Assembly (NCBI GenBank): GCA_963767005.1
Contig: CAVYCN010000006.1
Span: forward strand, 96,001-160,000
DNA: 64,000 nucleotides
Origin: an uncultured Actinomycetes bacterium
GTDB taxonomy: Bacteria > Actinomycetota > Thermoleophilia > UBA2241
Reading direction: 5' to 3'
The notes under the pieces were generated by a model. That model saw only the letters and a list, made by a program, of their open reading frames with translations, made no database searches and was not told the origin of the DNA. This document shows positions 21,423-28,381 of this stretch, in pieces. Numbering within the stretch: the stretch's first letter is position 1; each line of letters starts with the position of its first letter. Made by a program: the position numbers and the translations under genes.

Positions 21423-21461
21423 CATCGCCTGTGATTCTATCAGATAGAATCACAGGCGATG
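21423..21461. promoter_or_regulatory. Perfect 19+1+19 bp inverted repeat carrying mirror-image -10 boxes (candidate bidirectional promoter)
   Basis: CATCGCCTGTGATTCTATC-A-GATAGAATCACAGGCGATG between divergent genes. Confidence 0.75.
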
Positions 21462-22313
21462 CTCAGGAGCGAATCGCTTGACTGCCGGGGTACGCACGCC
21501 CGCCCGCCCTGCAGACACGTGCTGGGCATGCGTGTCGACAACGTCGAACCACTCCAGGCCCTCGCCCACGTCCTCGACATGTGCGCGCCGACACCCCAAG
21601 GCAAGCGCGGCCGCTACGTGTGCGCCGCGAACGTCCACATGACGATGGAGGCCCACGACGATCGGGCTTTCCGCCGGGTCGTGAGCGAGGCCGACCTCGT
21701 TGTGCCGGACGGTCAGCCGATGGTGTGGGCGCTGCGGGCGCTGGGCTGCTCCCAGAGCCGCCGGGTCCGCATGACCCCCGACTTCCTCGTCGAGCTGCTC
21801 AGCGTCGCGGAGGCTCGTGGTCTGAAGGTCGGCCTCTACGGCGGGACGGGCGAGACGCTGCCCGCGATCGTCCGCCTCCTTAGCGAGGCCTACCCCGACC
21901 TGCGCGTGGTCTACGCGTGGAGCCCGCCCTTTCGTCCGCTCTCTCCGACCGAGGACCGCGACGTCACGGCGGGCATCACCGCCAGCGGCGTCGACCTTCT
22001 GCTCGTCGGCATCGGCTGCCCGAAGCAGGAGCGGTGGATGGCCGCCCACGCCGTCGCCGATACGGCGTCGGGTGCGCCGGGGCTGACGTGCACCATGCTC
22101 GGAGTGGGCGCCGCGTTCGACCTGTTCGCGGGCCTGACGACCGAAGCGCCGCGCTGGATGCAGACGAGCGGCCTCGAGTGGCTCCATCGACTCGCGCGCG
22201 AGCCACGCCGCCTGTGGCGCAGGGACATGCGCGCGAACCCTCGGTTCGTGACGCTGTTCCTGCGCCAGCTTCTCGCGGATGCCCCTCGCCGGAGTGGGCA
22301 CCCCTTGTCGTGA
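21459..22313 (+). CDS. WecB/TagA/CpsF family glycosyltransferase
   Basis: ANVH, VPDGQP, GIGCPKQERW, GVGAAFD and GLEWLHRL..EPRRLWRR. Confidence 0.93.
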   Translation: MLRSESLDCRGTHARPPCRHVLGMRVDNVEPLQALAHVLDMCAPTPQGKRGRYVCAANVHMTMEAHDDRAFRRVVSEADLVVPDGQPMVWALRALGCSQSRRVRMTPDFLVELLSVAEARGLKVGLYGGTGETLPAIVRLLSEAYPDLRVVYAWSPPFRPLSPTEDRDVTAGITASGVDLLLVGIGCPKQERWMAAHAVADTASGAPGLTCTMLGVGAAFDLFAGLTTEAPRWMQTSGLEWLHRLAREPRRLWRRDMRANPRFVTLFLRQLLADAPRRSGHPLS

Positions 22314-23041
22314 CGAGCTGCCGCAGGCGCTCCCTCGAGCACAGGCGGACCCAGACCGTCTCGTCGGTCTACGCGATCGCCGGTCGGTTCTTTCGCGCCA
22401 GGCGGATGAGGCGGTTCATGGACCTCTTCCAGCCCGACGCGGACACGACGGTCCTGGACGTCGGCGGCACGCCGGAGACCTGGCTCGACCAGCCGAACCA
22501 GCCGCGGGTGACCGTGCTCAACCTTGCCCCACCCACGACTCCACTCCCGACGTTCATGTCGTTCGAGACCGGCGACGCGACCCGCCTGGCGTACCGCGAC
22601 GGCGCCTTCGACATCGCCTTCTCGAACTCGGTCATCGAGCACGTCGGCGATTTCGCCGTTCAGCAGAGAATGGCATCGGAGCTGCGCCGGGTCGCCCGCT
22701 CCTATTACCTGCAGACGCCCGCGCGCACGTTCCCGGTCGAGCCCCATTTCCTGGCGCCCTTCGTCCACTGGCTGCCCGCGTCGGTCGGCCGCCGGATCCT
22801 GCGAAACTTCTCTGTCTGGGGGTGGATCACACGGCCGTCCCGGACGGACGTCGATGCTGCAGTGACGTCGATCCGTCTGCTTTCGCTGCGGGAGCTGCGG
22901 GCGCTGTTCCCCGACGCGACCATCCTGCCCGAGCGTGTCTTCGGCGTGACGAAGTCGTGGACGGTCGTCCGAGTCCGCGGCGAACGGGCCTGTCGCCTAC
23001 CTGCTTGCCGAGGCGAACCGCCGGACCGCGAAGCCGGCTAG
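22310..23041 (+). CDS. Class I SAM-dependent methyltransferase
   Basis: VLDVGG, FSNSVIEHVG and QTPARTFPVEPH; GTGA overlap with the upstream stop. Confidence 0.85.
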   Translation: MTSCRRRSLEHRRTQTVSSVYAIAGRFFRARRMRRFMDLFQPDADTTVLDVGGTPETWLDQPNQPRVTVLNLAPPTTPLPTFMSFETGDATRLAYRDGAFDIAFSNSVIEHVGDFAVQQRMASELRRVARSYYLQTPARTFPVEPHFLAPFVHWLPASVGRRILRNFSVWGWITRPSRTDVDAAVTSIRLLSLRELRALFPDATILPERVFGVTKSWTVVRVRGERACRLPACRGEPPDREAG

Positions 23042-23416
23042 GAGCAGGGCGCCGCCGACGGCAAAGACGACGAGCGGCCGGCCGCCCGTGTAGTCGAGCT
23101 GCAGCGGCGTGGACGAGGGCGTCGGTGTGGTCGTCGTTGCCGCGCTCGGCGTGGGCGTGGGGCCCGACTTGGCCGCGAGCAGGCTGGCGAGGTAGTACTC
23201 GAGCACCGACTGGACGTCGCTGTACTGGGAGTACACCGGGTCAGTCTCGACCGCCGTCAGCGCGGCTCGCACCTCGGCGACCGTGTAGTGGCCGTCGACC
23301 ACGCCGTCCGCTGCGTCCTGGATGATCTGTGTCGTGATCGATCCCCAGGCTAACGGCGCGAACACGGCCGTCAGCACGAGGACGAGGATCGAGACGATGG
23401 CGATGCGCCGCAGCAT
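22997..23416 (-). CDS. Small secreted protein with Pro/Thr/Ser linker and LDYTG sortase-like C-terminal signal (copy 1)
   Basis: GGAGG RBS; signal peptide ending AWG; LDYTG + TM + RR tail; clear paralog at 55251-55625. Confidence 0.8.
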   Translation of the reverse strand: MLRRIAIVSILVLVLTAVFAPLAWGSITTQIIQDAADGVVDGHYTVAEVRAALTAVETDPVYSQYSDVQSVLEYYLASLLAAKSGPTPTPSAATTTTPTPSSTPLQLDYTGGRPLVVFAVGGALLLAGFAVRRFASASR

Positions 23417-23604
23417 GACGGCCTCCGCGAAGCCTGGCTCCAGAGGGCTGCCGAAGAGGACAGTGTCCGCGATTGTACCACCGCAACGGCCGGTCGCGGT
23501 GCCGGCGTGGCCGCGTGTCCCTCCTGGTCTATACTGGCGGCTCGAGCACTCCCGACCCTGATTTCCGCGCGTCGATCGAGCACGGAGGCGACTCGCACAG
23601 GTGC

Positions 23605-25686
23605 ATGACTGAGACCCTGATCCCGAGCTCCCCGACGGCGGTGCCGGCGCGGGCTCGCAGTCACCCGACCCCACGCGTGGTGCGCACCGTCCTTGCCACC
23701 ATCGCACTGCTCGCGACGATCGCCGCCTTCGGCGCGCGGTCCGGCGGCTACATCTTCACGCGTTCGGCGCCGGTCGTGTTCGTCGCCGCCGGTCTCGTGG
23801 TCGCCGGCGTGTGGATCGTGCGCCGGCCCGAGCGGCCCTCGCGGGCTCACGTGATCGGCCTGGCCGCCTTCGCCGCCCTGGTCGTCTGGACCGGCGTGTC
23901 GGTGCTCTGGTCGGTCGGTCCCGACCTGTCGTGGGTGGGCTTCGACGTCGCCGCCTTCTACCTGCTGGTCGCGCTGGTCTGCGGCGTGCTGCCGGGCGGC
24001 GCTCGGCAACTGCGCGCTGCCGCCTACGGCCTCGCCCTCGTGATGACGCTGCTCGCCGGCTACGCGCTGCTCGGCAAGATCGTGCCAGAGGTCGTCACGA
24101 ACGCCCACGAGGTCGCCCGCCTGAGCGGCTCGATCGGCTACTGGAACGTGCTCGCGGCGCTCATCGCCATGACGGTCCCGATCTGTGTCGAGGCGGCGTC
24201 GCGCCCCGCGGCGCCGGCCTGGCTGCGCGGCCTCGTGTCGAGCGCGCTCATCGTGCTGCTCTTCACCTTCTTCTTCACGTTCTCGCGCGGCGGCTTTCTC
24301 GCCCTCGGCGTGGCGCTGCTCGCCTGGTTCGCACTCTCGCCGCGGCGCCTTGCGGGGTTCGCCTCGCTCGCGCTGCCCGCGCTGCTCGTGGCCGCCGTGC
24401 TCTGGCATGTGCGCCACCTTACGACCCTGTTCAACGCCACGAGCGACGACGCCCTGCGCACAGCCCAGGGCCACGCCCTGGCGCGTTGGGTGGTCGTGGC
24501 GGCACTCGTGGCCTTCGCGGCACAGCTGCTGCTCGCCTACTGGCAGCGCCGCCGGCCGCTGCCGCCAAGGGCCGCCCGGGCGCTGGGGGTCGCGCTGCTC
24601 GTCGTGCTCGTAGCCGTACCGATGGCCGGCGGCGCCGTCTACTTCCCGCATCACGGCGGTGTTGTGGCCTGGGCACGCACGCACGCCCACGACGCCCTGT
24701 CGGGGGCCGGACCGAGCAACAGCGCCTCGCGACTCACGTCGCTGGGCAGCAACGGGCGCGGGCCGTGGTACCACGAGGCCTTGCAGGGCTTCGCCGCACA
24801 CCCCGTGACCGGTAGCGGTGCCGGCACGTTCCGTTTCACGAACTACCTGTACCGTCGTCAGCTCTCGGTCGTCATGCACAGCCACAGCGAGTGGCTCAAC
24901 ATGTTGAGCGAGCTCGGGCTCGTCGGCTTCGTCCTGTTCGCGACGGCCGTCGCCGGTCTGCTGGCGGCGGCCTTCGGGCGCCGCCGCGTCGGCCGCTCCG
25001 ACCCGGAGCGCGCGCTGCTCGCCGCCTGCCAAGCCGGCGCGCTCGCCTTCGTCGTGCACATGTCGATCGATTGGGACTGGGACATGGCGGTGATCACGGT
25101 CAGCTTCTTGCTGCTCGCGGGCGCCGCCGCCGGGTACGTGCGGTCGTGCACGGCCGGCGCCACGACGCCCAAGCCGGTCACGGGCCGCGGCGAAGTCGCC
25201 GTAGCGCCGGCGGGGCCCACGCCGCTGCGGGACCCGGCAGGGCGCGTCCCGTTTGGGTCGTTCGACCGGGGGGGCCTAGGGTTGCGCGTGCTGGTCACGG
25301 GGCTCGTGTGCCTCGGCGTCGTCTCGTGGACCTTGCCGTACCTGGCACAGCGTGCCGACCTGCGGGCCGTCGACCAGGCCAGTCGCGGCCGGCTTGCGGC
25401 GGCCGCCGCGTCGGCGCGCCAGGCGAGCCGCTTCGACCCGCTGGCCGTCGATCCGCTCGTGACGCTGGCGCTCGTCCAGGCCGAGCAGCGCCGGCTCGCC
25501 GCCGCCAGGACAACGCTCATACGGGCCGCGCGGCTGCAACCGCGCAACTACCAGCCGTATTACCAGCTCGGCCTGCTCGAGCTGAGCGGCTTCGGCGATC
25601 GGACCGCCGCCGATGAGTGGTTCAGACGCGCCCTGACGCTGGACCCGCTCGACCCCGCCACCAACCGCCAGCTCGGTCTGACGTAG
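23605..25686 (+). CDS. O-antigen ligase/O-oligosaccharyltransferase-like membrane protein with C-terminal TPR-like helices (copy 1)
   Basis: GYWN, TFSRGG, GSGAGTF, HSH..LSELGLVG and DWDW motifs; TPR-like tail (QPRNYQPYYQLG). Confidence 0.85.
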   Translation: MTETLIPSSPTAVPARARSHPTPRVVRTVLATIALLATIAAFGARSGGYIFTRSAPVVFVAAGLVVAGVWIVRRPERPSRAHVIGLAAFAALVVWTGVSVLWSVGPDLSWVGFDVAAFYLLVALVCGVLPGGARQLRAAAYGLALVMTLLAGYALLGKIVPEVVTNAHEVARLSGSIGYWNVLAALIAMTVPICVEAASRPAAPAWLRGLVSSALIVLLFTFFFTFSRGGFLALGVALLAWFALSPRRLAGFASLALPALLVAAVLWHVRHLTTLFNATSDDALRTAQGHALARWVVVAALVAFAAQLLLAYWQRRRPLPPRAARALGVALLVVLVAVPMAGGAVYFPHHGGVVAWARTHAHDALSGAGPSNSASRLTSLGSNGRGPWYHEALQGFAAHPVTGSGAGTFRFTNYLYRRQLSVVMHSHSEWLNMLSELGLVGFVLFATAVAGLLAAAFGRRRVGRSDPERALLAACQAGALAFVVHMSIDWDWDMAVITVSFLLLAGAAAGYVRSCTAGATTPKPVTGRGEVAVAPAGPTPLRDPAGRVPFGSFDRGGLGLRVLVTGLVCLGVVSWTLPYLAQRADLRAVDQASRGRLAAAAASARQASRFDPLAVDPLVTLALVQAEQRRLAAARTTLIRAARLQPRNYQPYYQLGLLELSGFGDRTAADEWFRRALTLDPLDPATNRQLGLT

Positions 25687-25806
25687 GCGCTATCGCGACG
25701 GACACCGGCGAGGGGCGGAGCCGGGAGCGAGAGCAGACAGAGCACTTCCGCGCGGTGCTCAGTCGCGAGGAGCCCGCCGTCTTCGGGCGATCGGTCGCTC
25801 GTTGAC

Positions 25807-26337
25807 TCAGCGGTGGGAGTCGTCGATACCGAGGTCCAGGTCGCTCTTGCTCAGAAGCTCCTGGGCCGGCGCGAGCTGCTCGACCGGCACCATGATGCGG
25901 TAGGGCGCTTCGTCTGTCTCGAACAGCCCGAGGACACGGTGGCTGCGCGCCGGCCAGACCTGCACCGCGATGCCGCGGTCGGCGAAGAAGCGACGGAGCG
26001 CCAGGGCGTGCATCTGCAGGCCGCTCCGGGCGACCTCGCGCATCGACTCATCCACCGGGGCGGCGTCGGCTTGCGCCTGCTGCGCAAGACCGGCCGCGGT
26101 CAGGGTGTCGCGCGCCCTGCCCAGGTCGTGCTCGGCGACGCGCACGTGGAACGGGCCCAGCGCCCCGGCAACGACGGTCGGCGCGGCTGCCGGAGCCGGC
26201 CGGCCGCCCGTGTCCACGATCACGTCCTCGGGCCAGAACTCCGAGCAGGGGATGCCGGCCTGCTCGAGGGCTTTGACGATCCGCGTGGCCAGACGGCGGT
26301 CGCCCACGACGACCAGATCGATGTGCTCGTCACTCAT
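25807..26337 (-). CDS. Hypothetical protein with two DUF2007-like repeats
   Basis: Two similar units (ALEQAGIP..VRVAEHDLGRARDTL and FADRGIAV..IMVPVEQLAPAQELL); GGAGG RBS. Confidence 0.55.
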   Translation of the reverse strand: MSDEHIDLVVVGDRRLATRIVKALEQAGIPCSEFWPEDVIVDTGGRPAPAAAPTVVAGALGPFHVRVAEHDLGRARDTLTAAGLAQQAQADAAPVDESMREVARSGLQMHALALRRFFADRGIAVQVWPARSHRVLGLFETDEAPYRIMVPVEQLAPAQELLSKSDLDLGIDDSHR

Positions 26338-26454
26338 CTTCCGGCCCTCCTTCGAACCACCCGGCCCAGCGCCCCGCGTGGCGCGGATGACGCCAGACTA
26401 ACGCCGTCGTCCGAGAACGTCGAGAGGGCCGGCGGCCGGTCCGTCGCGGCGACC

Positions 26455-26822
26455 TTACAGTCCCATCAGGTGCAGCCAGTGAGGCAGCACGCCTCCGGTC
26501 AGGTCGACTGAGAAGCCGAGGCCAAGCTGTATCGCCGCCGCCGCGGCCACGAGGATCCGGGCCCAACGCCGCAACGTCCCCGGCAGGGTGACCAGACCGA
26601 AGACCGCCAGGACGGTCACACCGGTCTCGGGGGCGCCCAGACCGAGCAGACCGATCGCGGTGAGCGCGGGCATGACCTGCAGGTGAACGAGCACGAGCAG
26701 CGACCGCCGCCACGCAAGAAGGACGGCCGACAGCACGAACAGCGGGCTCACGGCGACGATCCGCCCCGTCCAGGACGCCGCCCGGCCGAGGCCCACCCAG
26801 ATGTCTCCCGCAAGCGTGTGCG
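26455..26822 (-). pseudogene. Membrane-protein fragment apparently truncated at its 5' end by the IS3 element
   Basis: Hydrophobic ORF whose N-terminus runs into the IS inverted repeat. Confidence 0.4.
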
Positions 26823-26887
26823 TGGAGTGGACCCCTGAGATCGGCCCAGGTTGAAGTATGGTTTTGGACCGATGAAGGAGGCTCAGC

Positions 26888-27166
26888 ATGCCGCAGAAGC
26901 GCTACCGCCCCGAGGAGATCATCGCCACGCTGCGTAAGGCCGAGGTGCTGCTCGGTGAGGGCAAGAAGGTCCCCGAGGTCACCAAGGCCCTGGGCGTCAC
27001 CGAGGTCACCGACTACCGCTGGCGCCGCGAGAACGGCGGTCTCTCGCTCTCCCAGGCCCGCCACATGAAGGAGCTCGAGCGCGAGAACCTGCGTCTGCGC
27101 CGGGCCGTCTCCGACCTGACCTTGGACAAGCTCATCCTGCAGGAGGCGGCCCGGGGAAACTTCTGA
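26888..27166 (+). CDS. IS3 transposase OrfA (HTH)
   Basis: MPQKRYRPEEIIATLRKAE...LERENLRLRRAVSDL, ending GGGAAACTTCTGA. Confidence 0.9.
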   Translation: MPQKRYRPEEIIATLRKAEVLLGEGKKVPEVTKALGVTEVTDYRWRRENGGLSLSQARHMKELERENLRLRRAVSDLTLDKLILQEAARGNF

Positions 27167-27573
27167 GCCCCTCGCGGCGCCGCAAGTGTGTCGATGCAGT
27201 GTGTGAGGGGCTGCACATCTCGCAACGCCGGGCCTGTCGCGCCTTGGGCCAGGCACGCTCGACGTGAGCGCCACCAGGTCCAGCTGCGCTCCGACGAGGA
27301 CGCCCTGACCGCGGCGATCGTCGCCCTGGCCGGGCACTTCGGCCGTTACGGCTACGAGCGCATCACCGGGCTGCTGCAGACGGCTGGCTGGAGCGTGAAC
27401 CAGAAGCGCGTGCAGCGCATCTGGCGGGCCTCAAGGTGCCCAAGCGCCAGCCGAAGCGGGGCAGGCTGTGGCTTGCCGATGGCTCCTGTATCTGCCTGCG
27501 GCCCGAGCATGCCAACCACGTCTGGGCCTACGACTTCGTGGCTGAGCGCACGCACGACGGCCGGCCCTTGAAG
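27163..27573 (+). pseudogene. IS3 OrfB remnant (frameshifted, truncated in the DDE domain)
   Basis: RYGYERIT..VNQKRVQRIW in one frame and PKRGRLWLADGS..NHVWAYDFV..DGRPLK in another, then lost. Confidence 0.85.
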
Positions 27574-27797
27574 CTTGACGAGCTCGGCGGTGCGCGCCGG
27601 GGCAGCACAGCTGCGCACCTCGCCGGTGTCGGCGTCGAGCGCTGCCGCTGCGACCGATCGTGCGTGCACGTCGAGACCGATGAACGTAGGCTCACTCATG
27701 CGGCGCCTCCCCGTAAATGCGGCTCTGCTGCCACCGGCTGTGGCAGCAACCCGCGCCAACTTACGAGGCGGGGCGCCGCGCCGCTACATACGGTCTA
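27571..27797 (-). mobile_element. IS110-family fragment: upstream non-coding end plus about 43 N-terminal codons of the transposase
   Basis: GGAGG then ATG 27699, MSEPTFIGLDVHARSVAAAALD (first Asp of the DEDD RuvC-like domain); structured end at 27700-27797. Confidence 0.8.
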
Positions 27798-27984
27798 ACA
27801 TACAAGGTGGACCGATGAAGGGGGTCTGGCCACCACCACCACCACGGGCCGCTTTGGTGGACGTTGCGATGCGTCGGTGGGCACTCCACCGACTTAATGT
27901 GATACGCGGGAGGACGGACCCGTAGCCGGGTCTCCCCCGTATCGAGTGCGCTATTCTTTCGATGGTGATCGAGGGGGGTGACAG

Positions 27985-28158
27985 ATGGCCGAGTGTTCTA
28001 TTTGCGGTGCGCCGATTGAGGGCGAGGGCAAGAACCCCGACCCGCTCGGCGACGCGTCGAAAGACCGGTGCTGCGACTGGTGTTACGAGCACCTCATCGT
28101 CCCAGCGCAGGAACGCCGCAAGGAGGTCGCGCGGTGGAAGGAGGAACTGAGGGGCTGA
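27985..28158 (+). CDS. 57-aa Cys-rich putative zinc-binding mini-protein (absent from the ORF track)
   Basis: GAGGGGGG RBS; MAECSICGAPIEGEGKNPDPLGDASKDRCCDWCYEHLIVPAQERRKEVARWKEELRG with CxxC...CCxxC. Confidence 0.7.
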   Translation: MAECSICGAPIEGEGKNPDPLGDASKDRCCDWCYEHLIVPAQERRKEVARWKEELRG

Positions 28159-28285
28159 CCGAGACCGAACTCGTGGCGCTCACCGGTCATGGGACGAGAC
28201 GAGGCTGAAGCCAGGACTTCAGCATCAGCCCTGTCGCACTCGCTGCGTGACCGTCGTATCTGCCGCGCTGTGGTACCATCCTACG

Positions 28286-28340
28286 TCGGGGATGGAGTCC
28301 CCCATTGAACGCCCCGCCCGGGGCTGATGGCTCCTGTGGC
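28286..28340 (+). ncRNA. Fluoride (crcB motif) riboswitch
   Basis: GGGGATGGAGTCCCCC...AACGCCCC...GGGGCTGATGGCTCCTG fits the consensus; GGAG/CTCC pseudoknot complementarity. Confidence 0.9.
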
Positions 28341-28381
28341 ATGCAAAGCGCCCCCACAGGGCCCGCAATGGAGGACTCTCC

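Larger units (their letters stand above)
26823..27832 (+). mobile_element. Degenerate IS3-family insertion sequence with internal deletion
   Basis: Imperfect terminal IRs (TGGAGTGGACCCCTGAGATCGGCCCA vs reverse complement TGGCCAGACCCCCTTCATCGGTCCA); orfA, GGGGAAAC slippery site, orfB remnant. Confidence 0.85.

Noticed and set aside
25690-26830. att site duplicating the tRNA-Val 3' end
   Set aside because: No copy of the tRNA 3' sequence found by eye, so island boundaries cannot be fixed.
27873-27897. Hairpin GTCGGTGG-GCACT-CCACCGAC followed by TTAAT
   Set aside because: Could be a terminator, but there is no intact upstream gene and nothing else supports a function.
27962-28150. 62-aa ORF listed in the track
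   Set aside because: Arg-rich shadow; the overlapping frame 27985-28158 has the RBS and a cysteine motif.
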